Assembly (NCBI RefSeq): GCF_018350175.1
Contig: NC_058370.1
Location: forward strand, 118,668,001 to 118,732,000
Source: Felis catus
Taxonomy: Eukaryota
Length of the DNA: 64,000 nucleotides
Direction: 5' to 3'
Shown: positions 38,745 to 57,333 of the stretch, one piece after another
Numbering within the stretch: position 1 is the stretch's first letter
Layout: every line of letters begins with the position of its first letter
Made by a program: the position numbers and the translations under genes
The notes under the pieces: model-generated
Seen by the model: only the letters and a program-made list of their open reading frames with translations
Databases searched by the model: none
Told to the model about the DNA's origin: nothing

Positions 38745-38945
38745 GGAGCACCTGGGTAGCTCAGTTGGTTAAGCATCCAATTTCAGCTCAAGCCATGATC
38801 TCACAGTTCATGGGTTCAAGCCCCAGATAGGGCCCTGCACTGACAGCTCAGAGCCTCAAGCCTGGTTCAGATTCTGTGTTTCCTTCTCTCTCTGCCCCTC
38901 CCCCACTTGTGCTTGCTGTCTCTCTCAAAAATAAAGCAATAAACA

Positions 38946-38988
<43 letters not shown>
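38745..38988 (+). mobile_element. Can-SINE ending in a (CA)n microsatellite
   Basis: SINE body then (CA)n about 38947-38988. Confidence 0.9.
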
Positions 38989-38990
<2 letters not shown>

Positions 38991-39693
38991 TGCTTAGGCA
39001 GCCAGGGGAGCAGCAGGAGGTGTCTCCTTGAAGGGATGGACATTCCTAGGGTTCACTTGAAGAGAAACATTAAGAGTCCTCATGTTGAAGATCAGAAACC
39101 CAAGTGGCCCCCCTCAGGAAGGTGGGATGTCAGGCAGAAAAGAGACTTACCCTGCCTGGGAGCCAAGTCACCTCCCTCTGAGGGTGTCAGCGTAGAGCAA
39201 TCCCCATTCCCAAACCCCTGAATGCATGTGAGAAATAAGGCCACTGACCCAATCAAAGGAGGGACGTGGAGACTCGGAGCACAGTGAAGCGAGGATTTAA
39301 TCAACATTCTTGCAAGAGCAGGTGTGCGATGGACGGGCACATCTGGTGTAGTTACAGCAAACAATTTGTTTCCTAGCGTGCAAGTCCCTCCTGATTCCTC
39401 ATTGGCAGAGTACAATGGAGGTTACAGCCTTACCCAGACTTCGCCTATGCCCACGTAAGGCAAAAAGTAGTCTGTTTGGAACATATGTACATTTCCTGAG
39501 GCGACGCAGAGACTTTCATTCCCTCCTTTGTTCTTTGGCGCATGCTCTCGCAAAGCCTTTGGAAAATAAGCCCACAAAACAGAGAGGGTTAGAAGAACCA
39601 GGAAGTGAAGTGTCTAAGGGTTTGAGACTCCATGGGGGGAGGGGGAGTTCATATAGATTTCCAATAGGTTGTAAGCCTACTGGTAACTAGACA
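38991..39693. mobile_element. Probable ERV solo LTR
   Basis: TG...CA-bounded 700-bp block with LTR-like composition; no clear TSD. Confidence 0.45.
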
Positions 39694-39998
39694 GCTCAGC
39701 TCTTATTTGGTATTTCTGAAAATGAATCGTCACCCTTGTCACAGAGCTGCAAGCATGGCCGGTTCTCACATCCGCCAACCACAGAGGTGAGGTGATTTGT
39801 TAAGGTAAATAGTGGTTTCCTCACACTAGGAAGCAGTGGATTCCGAGTTTGAAGCCAATTTGACTTTAAAGTCCATGCTGCCTCCATGAAAAGACAAGAG
39901 ACACAGTTCAAGTTCCCAAATGTGAAATTTCCAAAGTGTGTGACCTGGAACACATCACTTCCTCTCTGGGGTAAAAGGTAAAGGCTGCACCTGTGTAT

Positions 39999-40569
39999 TG
40001 GTGTAGGAAACAAAGGCAAAAGAAAAAATTACATTTCCTTACCACTTTGACAATTCCTTGAGACAGAGTGACCTCTGGAAACTCAACTGCCTCCATGTTG
40101 ACACTTTGCTAAGGGCAAAAGTCAGTCTTAGCTTAACATTGTCCCGCCCCTCTAGGATCCTGTAGATCTAATTTAATATAAAAATTCCTTTGGAATCTTT
40201 ATCTCTACCCCTCAAGATACATGTTGGCAATCATGCTCCAAGCATATGGCCCACTGATATACATCTGAAGCATCCGTGACTGAGGTTTTACTGACCAGTA
40301 ATAAATGACGTTTTCCTAACAACAGCCAGCCCCCTCAGGGTCCTGGAAACCTAGCTTCCAAAATACCTTGGAGGCTTACGCTGTCCCTAACCGCCTCTCA
40401 ACTTGAAAGTATATCATCAGTCACCCCTCACAGCGCCAGTGCAGCTCTTTCTGCCCAAGGGTCCTGTCCTGGGCTTTAATAAAACCACCTTTTTGCACCA
40501 AAGACGTCTCAAGAATTCTTTCTTGGTCATCCGCTCTGACCCCCACCCCCCCACCCCACTTCCACATCA
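39999..40569 (+). mobile_element. Carnivore ERV solo LTR just upstream of the PREB promoter
   Basis: TGGTG...CATCA termini, flanks tgtat/ggtat, AATAAA about 40478; same family as 9394-9825. Confidence 0.8.
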
Positions 40570-40829
40570 GGTATCACTCCTGAAATGGGGACAACCCTAA
40601 TCCAAGATTTTTTTTTTTTTTTTTAAGATTTTATTTTTAAGTAATCTCTACGCCCAAGGTGGGGCTCGAATTGACAACACAGAGATCAAGGGAAGCATGC
40701 CCTGGGACTGACAGCCAGGGGCATCCAAGGATTTCTTTCTGTAAAGGTTTATTAGCCTCTTTTAACCTTTATTAGCTCCCCTCCTCCCCCAGAATCACCA
40801 AGCACATCCCCTGGAAGGGGAGCCTGCCT

Positions 40830-41200
40830 CTTTGACCCCACGCAAACACGACGGAGACTCACGACCCAGGCGGACAGAATCTTGGCGCGGGGCTTGCGTC
40901 ATCCCGATGCCCGCTAGTGCTGACGCGTATTGGCGGGCCTGCGCCTGCGCAAGGAGAGCAGGGCTAAGTGCGCGTGCGCACTGCGCGTTCACCGGGCAGG
41001 GTTAAGACCGCTCGGAGCGGAGATATGGATTCCTGAGTGGGGTGAAGAGTTTTGCCAACTCCGAGGGAGCGAGGGAGCAGTCGAGAATCCTCCTGGCGGC
41101 TACGGGATCAAGTTGAATCGCGGCAGGGCGAGTGGTCGAAAGCCGGGCGTGGCATGTCCCGGGTGCCCCGGTGCGGACAGTGAAGCGCGCGGCGAGCGGG
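40830..41200 (+). promoter_or_regulatory. PREB: PREB CpG-island promoter / 5' UTR
   Basis: High CpG. NRF1-like GCGCCTGCGC (about 40940) and GCGCGTGCGC (about 40970); CRE-like TGCGTCA (about 40895) and TGACGC (40921). Confidence 0.8.
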
Positions 41201-44200
41201 ATGGGCCGGCGCCGGGCGCCCGANNNNNNNNNNNNNNNNNNNNNNNNNNNNNNNNNNNNNNNNNNNNNNNNNNNNNNNNNNNNNNNNNNNNNNNNNNNNN
41301 NNNNNNNNNNNNNNNNNNNNNNNNNNNNNNNNNNNNNNNNNNNNNNNNNNNNNNNGGGCCGGTCACGGCACGGGCGACGGGGGGTAAGGGGCCTTGGGGG
41401 TGGGCTGTACCTCCGGCTGCACACTAGCTGCATTTCTAGCTTGCCCCCTCCCCGGTGGAAAGCCCGGCGCCCTGGCGGGAATTTCACCTGAGAACTTACC
41501 ACGAATCGTAAAGTGGAGTAAAAACAGCACACGACACCGCTTAGGCAGGAACGCTTCAACTCAACCTCACAGGCAGCTCCAGGGGTCTTATCCTGGTCTT
41601 TTCTGGGGAGATCGCATAGAGCTGTGTCTCTGCTCTCTAGCAGCGGCAAGAGTGCTGCATTTGGTCTTTAGGCAAGGGTTCTTCACTCTTCTGAGGATTA
41701 CCCAATTATTTTGTAAACTGGAGGTATTAATCCCAACCCTCCTTGCTGTACAGATTTGTGAGGTTCCAAAGAAAGAAAGAAAAGGAAAGAAGCAAGCAGG
41801 CTGGGAAAAGCCTTTTAAGTAGAAAGTGTAGTAAGCAAAGAGATAGGGCTTTAGACTATAGGATGTAAGGTTGTCCTTGAGGTGCTCTCTGGGCGCCCCT
41901 GAACCTTGCTCACCCTGGTTCCCTCTTCCACAGCACTTTCTGCAGCTAGAACAAATTAATGGGCGCCTGAGCGCCTCTTTGCTACACTCTCATGACACAG
42001 AGACACGGGCTACCATGAACTTGGCGCTGGCTGGTAACATCCTTGCTGCAGGGCAGGATGCCCACTGTCAGCTTCTGCGCTTCCAGACCCATCAGCAGAA
42101 GGGCAAAAACAAGACAGAGAAGGCAGGTGAGAAGCTCCCTCTTTAGCTTTGGGGTAAGGGTTAAATGAGTAAGATCACTTATTTTGGTTCCAAAAAAAGG
42201 GGTTGGAAGTGGGTTATGGTAGCAGGCAAGAAGCTGGATGTTCACTACGAGGGAGGGGGCAAGTACTACTTACTATAGGGCCCTGAAACCTGGCAGACTC
42301 TTTGTATTTCAGGTTGCAAGGAACAGGGGCCACGACAGAGGAAGGGGGCAGCCCCAGTAGAGAAGAAGTCTGGAGCCGAAACCCACCAGGAGGGAGTAGA
42401 ACTCAGTGTAGAGAATTTGCAAGCGGTGCAGACAGACTTCAGCCCTGATCCGTTGCAAAAAGTTGTATGCTTCAACCATGATAACACCCTGCTCGCCACT
42501 GGAGGGACGGATGGCTACGTTCGTATCTGGAAGGTGTGGTTTTGTGGGTTAGAGGATGAGTGTCAGTAGCAGCAAGGTCAGATTGTGATGAACTGATCAT
42601 GGGTTCTGGGAAACTTGAGTGGAGCCTGTACTGAGTGGCAGAAAAAAAGAAGGGTGGGGATCATTGCACCCTTGCTGGGTACCTAGGGTAACCATGATGG
42701 TGGTTTGGTCGCAGGTACCCAGCCTAGAGAAAGTTCTGGAGTTCAGAGCCCATGAAGGAGAGATTGAGGACCTGGCTTTGGGGCCTGATGGCAAGGTGAG
42801 GAAGTGAGAGTGTCAAAAAAGTAGGTGATTATGCTGCTTGTCCAGTAAGTGGATCCCCTAACTGTCCATCCTTGGAATCTTGATTCCTGACTAGTTGGTA
42901 ACTGTGGGCTGGGACCTTAAGGCCTCCGTGTGGCAGAAGGATCAGCTGGTGACACAGCTGCACTGGCAAGAGAACGGACCCACCTTTTCTAACACGCCTT
43001 ACCGCTACCAGGCCTGCAGGTGTGAGACCCCAGAGGGTAGCTAAAAGAGGCACAGCCTAGATGTGGTGGGGGAGAGGGAAGAGACTGGGGGGAAGCTGGG
43101 GAGGATTGTAGCCTTGGTGGGTGTTACCCCAGGCCTGACCAGGGTGCAGGAGGGCACAAACCTCTGAGAAGGGCTGAGCAGGCCCCAGGAGCTGAATATC
43201 CTCTCACCTGGCCCCCAGGTTTGGGCAGGTTCCAGACCAGCCTGCCAGGCTGCGACTCTTCACAGTGCAGATTCCCCACAAGCGTCTGCGCCAGCCCCCA
43301 CCCTGCTACCTCACAGCCTGGGATGGTTCCACCTTCTTGCCCCTTCGGACTAAGTCCTGCGGCCATGAAGTCATCTCCTGCCTTAGTGTCAGGTGTGAGA
43401 CAGTGGTGACTTGGCTGGTTGTGGGGTGCCTGGGGAGCTTGGAAGGATGTCCTGTCTGAGGCTCTGAAGAGTACTATTGGTGAATGTTGCTGCATAGGCC
43501 CCCGGGACAGTGAGCACTTTATTTTTTGTTGCAGCGAATCGGGCACCTTCCTAGGCCTGGGCACAGTCACTGGCTCTGTTGCCATCTACATAGCTTTCTC
43601 TCTCCAGGTAATGGGTAAAGGTGGGCACAGCCCTGAGGGCTCTTTGGGGTGGGGACTCTGGGCCTGCTCGAACCTAAGTGTGTAGGAAGGGTCTGGCCCA
43701 GCTCTAGAGGAAAAGCCATCTGGGGACAGGGAGATTGTTTTCCAGGGGAATGTTCTGAACAGGGCCATCCTTCAATAGTTCTTCTCCTGTCTCCAGCGCC
43801 TCTATTATGTGAGGGAGGCTCATGGCATTGTCGTGACAGATGTGGCCTTTCTACCTGAGAAGGGTCGTGGTCCAGAGCTCCTTGGCTTCCATGAAACTGC
43901 CCTGTTCTCTGTGGCTGTGGATAGTCGTTGCCAGCTGCACTTGCTGCCCTCACGGAGTGAGTCATTGGGATGGGGGTGGGTACCGCCCTACCTCTAGCTA
44001 TAGCAAAAACTTGCCCCTTGGAGAATGGGCCGCTTGTTTGTAGCCATCTGTCCCCTTCTTGAATGGTTTTGTTCTTAGGGCTGTGAAGCCCCTTTGCCTG
44101 CTGACTTCTTCCCTTACCCCTCCTGCAGGGAGTGTTCCTGTGTGGCTGCTGCTCCTGCTATGTGTTGGACTTATTGTTATGACCATCCTGCTGCTCCAGA

Positions 44201-44223
44201 GTGTCTTTCCAGGTTTTCTTTAG
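41201..44223 (+). CDS. PREB: Prolactin regulatory element-binding protein / SEC12 (SAR1 GEF), about 418 aa. Exons: 41201-(about 41335, in gap), 41934-42126, 42313-42533, 42715-42795, 42895-43019, 43219-43392, 43535-43607, 43797-43956, 44129-44223
   Basis: MGRRRAP start; [32 protein letters not shown]; [24 protein letters not shown]; [27 protein letters not shown]; WD40 repeats; C-terminal [32 protein letters not shown]. All visible junctions are GT-AG with compatible phases. Most of exon 1 is in the N gap 41224-41355. Confidence 0.96.
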
Positions 44224-44801
44224 CCTTTCTGCTCTTAGGGAATCAGGGGCCTGGACATTACTGCCTTCTAGAACAGAGTGGAGGCCTGAACCCCATTGCT
44301 CATTCCACCTGAATCCATAGTTGGCGTTCCTCTGATGAGACTGACGGGCGCTGCCTGCCCTGCCCACTTAAAGCTTGGCTATGGCCCTGTGTGACTCTGA
44401 ATCCTGAGAACCCTTCATTCTTCATCCGTGGATCCTCCCAGGACAGTGGTATCTGAAGGCCAGGCCACACCACCTGCATTCTTCCTCTGCCTGCCAGAGG
44501 CTCCAAAGTTGAGCTTGTCCTTTCTCCAGAAATATGTGAGGATGCCCAAGAACCTGGGGGTACTGCTGTCCATCACTTGGTCTTCACGTGAACCCCTGGC
44601 GTTTGCTGAAGCAAGCACTGGCCTGGGACTTGGCCGTTAGGGAAGGAAGGGGCAAAAGGAAGACCCAGGCAGTAATCTCTGGGTCCAGCTGGGTAGCTCC
44701 AAGCCAGCCAGGCGACATATACAATAAGTTCCTGGATGGTCTTCCCTACCCTTGAGAAAAGGGAAAATGAACCTCAGCACATTCAGCAGGAAAAGTTGAT
44801 A

Positions 44802-44810
44802 TTTAATAAA
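44802..44810. terminator. Overlapping polyadenylation signals for PREB (AATAAA, +) and ABHD1 (ATTAAA, -)
   Basis: TTTAATAAA reads AATAAA at 44805-44810 on plus and ATTAAA at 44807-44802 on minus, about 40 nt past the ABHD1 stop. Confidence 0.85.
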
Positions 44811-44848
44811 CAAGCAAAGACTGAACTGAGACCCTGGTGGTACTCCTG

Positions 44849-50442
<5,594 letters not shown>

Positions 50443-50469
50443 CTTGGGTGGTTGGGTTCTGACTTCCCA

Positions 50470-50800
50470 GTTCTTGACCGGCTCCTGCACCTGGTTCTTG
50501 GCCCGGAGGCCGGCAGGTGTGCGCCGGGTCCCGCCCCTTACACGCCATTGGACAGTCTGTGCAGGGACGGCCTCCGCTGCCGGGTGGGGCGGGGGTCCGG
50601 GCCCCGCCCCGCCCGCCGCCGCCGCGCTCCGCGGCGGGCGTGGCAAAGGGCGGGGCCCGGACCTCGACCCGCGCCGAGCAGAACCGAGTTACCAGTGGTG
50701 ACCTCCCTGCCCGTCGCCCGCTTCGCGCGCCTGGGCGCCTCCTGCTTCCGCCTCCCGGTGACTAGCGGTGCCGCCCCTTGCAAGGACCACCACCCTCTCC
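50470..50800 (-). promoter_or_regulatory. ABHD1: ABHD1 CpG-island promoter
   Basis: CpG-dense, multiple GC boxes (GGGGCGGGG, CCCCGCCC), a CCAAT-like element and an ETS-like CTTCCG. Confidence 0.8.
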
Positions 50801-51307
50801 CCAGCCTCCATCTTGGTGAGACGTGTCTCCAGCGCCTTCCTCAAACTCTGCCCCCGCCACGCTAGTTAGGCAGTTTGGTTACGGTCCCCCAGTCAACCAG
50901 TCACTGACACACAGGACACAGCCACTCCTTGGTGACATCCTGCCCTTTCACACAGGGCAGCCATTCACTGTGAACTTCACATCCAGGACGTGGCCGCTCA
51001 CCTTGTGACGCCCTGCAGTCCTGCAGTGTTCAGCTATTCACAGTGGACTTCCCATACTGGACACAGCCTTCACACTGTGGCACCCAGTCACATAGGTTTC
51101 AGCTATTGGGTGGATGGCATTCCACATAGAGTCACACACACACAAGGGTTAAAGTCACGTACCATCACTCTACACCGTCTTTCATAATGTCAAGTAAGTA
51201 CAATAGATACGTACTCATCCCCCACTTTGTACCAGGCAGTGGGATACCCCTGGAATGCTCTTGCCTGTCGTCACTGGAATGTGGAAAGGAATAAGTAATC
51301 TAATAGA

Positions 51308-51718
51308 GTGGTGGTTCTCAGCCGTGACTGAAGATTAGAATCATCTGGGAGTTTTATTTTGTTTTTTAATTTTTTTAATGTTTATATTTTTGAGAGAGGG
51401 AGAGACAGAGCGTGAGCTGGGGGCAGAGGGGGGTGGTGGGCAGAGAGGGAGACACAGAATATGAAGTAGGCTTCAGGGTCTGAGCTGTCAGCCCAGAGCC
51501 CGATGTGGGACTTGGACTCATGAACCATGACATCATGACCTGAGCCAAAGTTGGCCGTTGAACTGAGCCACCAGGCGCCCTTCATCTGGGAGTTTTAAAA
51601 ACAACCAGCGCCCAGGCCTCACCCCCTGCTATAGTTGGTTTGGAGAGGAGACTAGGTATCAATATAACTTAGAAGTTCTTTGGAAGATTCAAACGTGTAG
51701 TCAGGGTTGAACCCCTGC
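51308..51718. mobile_element. MER5A-like hAT relic split by a Can-SINE (about 51352-51580)
   Basis: gtggttctcagc...ttagaatcatctgggag...cccaggcctcaccc...agggttgaacccctg; SINE TSD tcatctgggagtttta. Confidence 0.7.
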
Positions 51719-51749
51719 GGTAGGGCACAGGGCTAGCTAGATAGGGGAA

Positions 51750-52470
51750 CTACTAGCTGCAGTGAGAGCACTGAGGAGGGTGCCCGAACACCATGGGTCA
51801 GAGCAAGTGTACCCGGATGTTAAGTGATGATACATTTAAGGTGAAACCAAAAATTGAGTAGGAGTTTCCCAGGCAAGGGAGAGGTGGGAAGAGAATAGTT
51901 GTTCCAGGAGCAGAAATAGTGTAAGCAAAAGCCTGGGTGTGAGAGACTCCTTAAAGGAACCAAAAGAAATCTGGTTGTCTGGAGCATATGAGATGGTCAA
52001 GAATCAGGCTGTGAGCAGCTACACAAGGGATGTGAGAGTTTAAACTAAGGATGGGGGAAAACCATCAAAGAGTTTTACAAAGGGGTGAGCAACATGACCG
52101 GCGTTATGTTTTAGAGGAATCATTCAGGCGACTTGGAGAATGGATTGATTGGAGGAGGCTGAGAATGGAAACAGGCCAGTTAGGAGGCTGTTAACAGTAC
52201 TTCGGCATGGCAGGTGGCTGCCTGGACTGGAGGAGCTTGGGAGAGGAGTGAAGATCTTTAAGACAGGAGGCAGAATGGAATAGGACTTGGTGTTTGGAGG
52301 TCAGGAGAGAAGGAGAAGTCATGAAGGATGCCCAGGTTTCTGACTGTATGAGTCAGGGATGCATGGCGGTACCAGTCCCTGGGTTAAGGAAACTGGGGGA
52401 AGGGAAGGTTTGAGGAGGAAGAGGATGCGTTCTGAACTCAGACACACAGAGGTTAGGGTGCTGGTAGGTG
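51750..52470 (-). mobile_element. LINE-2 remnant
   Basis: L2-like phrases (ggagaatggattg...aggccagttaggaggctgtt; aggatgcccaggtttctgac). Confidence 0.65.
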
Positions 52471-53039
52471 TTCTAATTGCTTTTTCTTAGATTCTGTATT
52501 TGTCTATTTGGCATCCGTCAGTCACAGGGCCAAACTAACAGCCGAAGTTGACATTTCGTCTGCAATCCAGAGCCCATACTCTGAGCCACTTCTTTGATCT
52601 AAATCTCACACGACAAGCCAATATTTCCCCTGTCCTAAATCAACCCAGGGTCAGGTATCACATAACTAGGGACAGTCCCTATGTCCCAAAGCCTGCCTGA
52701 TTACTCAAACTAGCCAATTTTAAGCTGTCTACCTTGCCCTGCCTTGCCTTTCCACTTAATAAAGGCTGTGGCCTCTGCCTTTCTCCTTGCTCCTTTCTGC
52801 CCATGACAGAAGCCCACTGGGGTTTCCCCCTGTCATCCTGTGTAGTGAGCTAAGCCTGTCGTTTCCAGGATAACTGGAGCACTAAATTTTTCTTTCAATG
52901 ACATTGACCTCTCCACGTTGTCACTCAGTCACCTTTATACATTAAAATCTAGGCACAAATTAGAGGATGTTCATTTCCTGAAGAGGTCTGGGGCTTGGGG
53001 CTTGGAATTTGAGGTCTGGCAGCCATCAGCATTTAAATG

Positions 53040-53297
53040 ACATATTCGTTTTCAGGGTTGCCATAACAAAGTACCACACACTGGCTGTCTTAAACAACAG
53101 AAGTTTATTGTCTTACAGTTCTGGGGACTAGAAGTCCAACTTCAAAGTGCCAGAAAGATCGGTTCCTCCTGAGAGCTGTGAGGAAGAATCTGTCCCAGGT
53201 CTCTTCTCTGGCTTCTGGTGGTGTGCTGGCAATCTTTGGCATGTAGAAGCTTCATGACCACAAGAACATGCTACCTGCATCTTCGCAAGATGCTTTC

Positions 53298-53343
<46 letters not shown>

Positions 53344-53740
53344 TATGTCCAAATTTGCCCTTTTTAAAATAGCTTATTTATTTATTTTGAGAGGAGAGAG
53401 AGCAAGCAGGGGACGGAAAGAGAGACAGAGAATCCCAAGCAGGCTCTGCACTGTCAGTGCATAGCCCAACCTGAGGCTCAAACTGTGAGATCATGACTTG
53501 AGCCGAGACCAAGAATCGGATGCTTAACCAACTGAGCCACTCCGGAGCCCCCAAGTTTCCCCTTTTCACGTGGACACCAGTCAAATTGGAGTGGGGTGGG
53601 CTCACCCTACTCCAGTAGGACCTCATTTTCACTTCTTATACCTGCAGCGACCCTACTTCCAAATAAAGTCACATTCTGAGGTATTGGGGGTTAGGATGTC
53701 AACATATGACTTTTTGAGGGACTCAGTTCAACCCATAACA
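53040..53740 (-). mobile_element. MaLR MLT1 LTR with a (GT)n microsatellite and a nested SINE (about 53375-53551)
   Basis: gggttgccataacaaagtaccacacactggctgtcttaaacaacagaagtttattgtcttacagttctgg ... aaataaagtcacattctgaggt ... ttcaacccataaca. Confidence 0.85.
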
Positions 53741-54989
53741 GATAGTGATGGAAGCAACATGAACAGATAGGAGTGAGGGGAGAGCCCAGAGGAACTCTGT
53801 TGCGTAAAGAAAACTAAGAAGAAACGAGTAGAGGGAGAAGATGGTGTTGCTAGAACCAGTGTGTCCCATAATTCTCGCAGGTAGTGTCCAGCAATGTCCA
53901 CCATAGGAAGGAGGACAGAATGACTTCGATGAGAGTCAGTTGTTCTGAAAGATGCAGATTGGAAGCAGCTGAAGGAGAGGGAGACGTTGAAGATTCTGAA
54001 GAGATAAGTTATTCCTTTGAAGAACTAAGTCCTTGTGGGGTGCCTGAGCGGCTCAGTTGTTTGAGCGTCTGATTCTTGGTTTCAGGTCCGGTCATGATCT
54101 TGCAGTTTGTGATGACTGCACAGAGCCTGCTTGGATTCTCTCTCTCCCCTTCTCTCTCTGCCCCTCCCCTGNNNNNNNNNNNNNNNNNNNNNNNNNNNNN
54201 NNNNNNNNNNNNNNNNNNNNNNNNNNNNNNNNNNNNNNNNNNNNNNNNNNNNNNNNNNNNNNNNNNNNNNNNNNNNNNNNNNNNNNNNNNNNNNNNNNNN
54301 NNNNNNNNNNNNNNNNNNNNNNNNNNNNNNNNNNNNNNNNNNNNNNNNNNNNNNNNNNNNNNNNNNNNNNNNNNNNNNNNNNNNNNNNNNNNNNNNNNNN
54401 NNNNGAAGATGTAGTCTGAAGCCTAGGAGGAATTGATCATTGTGACAAAAGTAGGTGACACTCCATTTTGAGTAGGTGACACTTTGCTGGCAAATGACTG
54501 CCACCATCACCCTTAAGATGACACTTTTCCCAGCCCTCTCACCAACCATGTCTCGTATGCAGCCGCTTCTCAGTGATGCACCTGGTCACAGCCACCCAAT
54601 GACACCTTCCCTGGAAACCAGCAGTCACAGCTGTCGTGAGCATCACAAACAACTCAGGAAAGAGTTCAACCAACTACCCGAACACATGTACCGCTACTGT
54701 CCTCTCCTGTCACACCCCCGGACACTCATTCCCACCCTGGCCATACGCTCTCAGGGCCATGTTGTCGCTCTGGATACACAGTCACACAAAATACCTCTAC
54801 TGTCACAAGTGCCTCACGCACACGGCCACATCCACTAGTCACAGCCACACTAACAGTTCCGTCCTGTCTTGTACACAGGCTGGGCGCCGGCGGGCAGTGG
54901 CACCGGCAGCACCACCACAGTTAGGCACGCTTCTCCTGAACACCAGCATCACCAGCTGTCTCTCTAGAAGTCTGTCCCTGTCTCTCTCA

Positions 54990-55460
54990 CGGAGACACGG
55001 GCACACGCGCGCACGCACACGCGCGCCGGGGCCGCGGGGAGGAAGCCCGACGCGGGCTGCGGAGGGCGGCGGCCCTGCCCGCGGCCGCTGGCGCTGCGGA
55101 CTCTGCCCGGGCCAGGGCGGCGGCCGGCCGGAGGGCGACGTGGAGCGGCCACGTGGAGCGGCCCGGGGGAGGGCCCGGCGGCGGCGAGCCGAGGCGCGGC
55201 CGGCGCACAGCCTCCAGCCGCCGCGAAGCCGGACCCCAGCCCTCGCCGCGCCGCCGCAGGTGGGTCCGCGCTCGGCGTCGGGCGGCCTCGCCCCGGGCCT
55301 GGCGGGCTGGGGGCCGCGGGGCCGCGGGGCGGGGGCGGCCTCCGGCCTCTGGGGGCCCAGGCTGCGGGCGCCGCCCCTCTGCGTCCCCGGGCGGGGGCGG
55401 CGAGGAGCGGCGGCTCCAGCCTCGGGGCACCTCCCGGGAGGAGGTTACCCCGGAGGGCGA
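54990..55460 (+). promoter_or_regulatory. CGREF1: CpG island with a probable non-coding first exon (donor CAG|GTGGGT at 55259/55260); CGREF1 by synteny
   Basis: Very CpG-rich, GC boxes, E-box CACGTG 55150-55155, strong donor. The gene identity is inferred only from human gene order (CGREF1 divergent from ABHD1); no CGREF1 coding exon is in the window. Confidence 0.65.
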
Positions 55461-57333
55461 GTAGAGGAAGGGGCTGGAGAGCGAATCCCGAGCTCTCTAG
55501 GCGTGGTGATGGGGTTTCACAGTTCCCCGGCCGCCTTTCCCCCCAATATCTCCTTTGTCTCTCTGACATCGTGGGAGGGAAGTTGGGGGCAGGCAGGAGT
55601 TTCATCCTCATTTGACAGATGAAGAAAAGGGAGACTGGGGAGGGACCCCAGCTGGGGCCAGCTGGAAGTGTTAGGGTGGAGACCAGCTGTCACGTGTGGG
55701 GGACCTTTTTGGCCGTAAAGCCACTCTCTCTCTTCTTTTGGGGGAGGGGAGTGTCCTGGGAGGCACAGGGGGCACCAGAGGGATAAGTTAAGGGTGAGGA
55801 TTTGGTTCAAAAGAACTTTGGGACAGTTAGACTCAGCCAGAAATGGGATGGATGCCCTATGAGGTGCTAGACTCCTGCCCTGGAAAGTCAAGCGGGGGCT
55901 GAATGACCATTGACAGGGATGCTGTGGAAGAAAGCTTTGCATTGGATGGGAAGCTACCCAAGATAAAAGGCCCCTGCCACTTCCTAGATTCTCTGGAAAT
56001 ACTCAAAGAGCATGCGCTCGCTGCCAGTCATGTAACGGACATTATCCCACTGCATCTTCCCCAGGCCCGTACAAGGCAGATACTGTTGTTCCAGGCGCAG
56101 AGAGACTCAGACACCCACCTAGGCCCCAGCCACAGAACGGAGGGGCCGGGTTTGATCAGAGGTCTGACCCCAAGGCTGGGCTCCCCTCCTGTGCTCGGAG
56201 GCAAAGGCTTGAAGAAATCTGAGGCCTGAGAGTCGCTGTGATTGGGAGTGTATGAATGGGAGTGTGTGTGAAGGATGTGAGTAACTATTACATCACAACT
56301 GTTAACTATGAGTTGCAGTGGCTTTCGTGTCGTCATGAGAGTAAATTACGTTTATGAGCATCATAGTTATAGGAAACGATTAGGAACATTTTAATTGACA
56401 GGCAGTGGTTCAATAATGGCTTTATTTCTTCTGTTGCTTACAAAAGCTTCTGTAAATGCTGAGAAATGTCTTACGTGTGGACAAGTCACATTATGCCAAC
56501 CTCATTACACATTACTTGAAGTGCTGTAGCTGACTTCCTTTAAGCAATATAGGTGGGTCATCTGTACTAAAAATGCCAGTTTGAAGCATAACTCCTGAGA
56601 ATATTACTTGGATTGACATTAACAGTCCACATCCAGTTATTCGAGTTTGTGACGTGAACTATCGTCAGAATGCTAAGGTTGTCAGGAGGGCCCAGGTTAT
56701 TCCAGGTAGAAGGTAGAACAGCTTGGGCAAAAGCACTGTAAAGTGAAAGTGAGAGGTATTTTGGGACCCTCTCCTCTGTTTGCAGCAGAGCATTAGTGTC
56801 ATAGAGCACCGGAAGATGAGTGTAAAATGGTGACCTGCCATCTATCTAATTGTAGAAGGCCTTGAAAATGCCAAGGTGAGGACTTTGGACTCTAATAGAA
56901 ATCGGGTGCCACTGAAGATTTTGGAGTTCCAGCTAAGGAAGATTAATGTGATGTGGGTATGGAGGGTCCTTTAAATGGAGAAGATACCAGAGGCAAGGGC
57001 AAGAGAGAGGCTACTGCATTAATTTGTGCAAGAAGTACTTCGTTATGCACTTAACATTCACTGTAACCCTGTGAGTTGCGTACTGTTATTATCTCCCTTG
57101 TGCAGGAAAGGTAACTGAAGTTCAGTGAGGACAGCCTGTGGTGGAGCTGGGATTTGAACCTAGGCCTGGTTGGTTCCAAAGCTCTGTTCTCTGTCCACTA
57201 CACATGCTGCATAGTTACATACTTGTGATGGGTGCATATGACCGAGAGGAGGAGAGTACTGGTAATTCGTGTGGACAGGGTACATGCTTTTCAGGGCCCA
57301 GGACAAAAACAAAATTAAGAATTTCAAGATGGA

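Noticed and set aside
41224-41355. Apparent PREB exon 1 disruption
   Set aside because: It is a GC-rich assembly gap whose size fits the expected remainder of exon 1.
50443-50646. In-frame N-terminal extension of ABHD1
   Set aside because: Starts at TTG in the CpG island; the ATG at 50442 matches the orthologous start.
54636-55622. 328-aa ORF and overlapping antisense ORFs
   Set aside because: Typical stop-poor CpG-island artefacts (G/A/R/P-rich in all frames).
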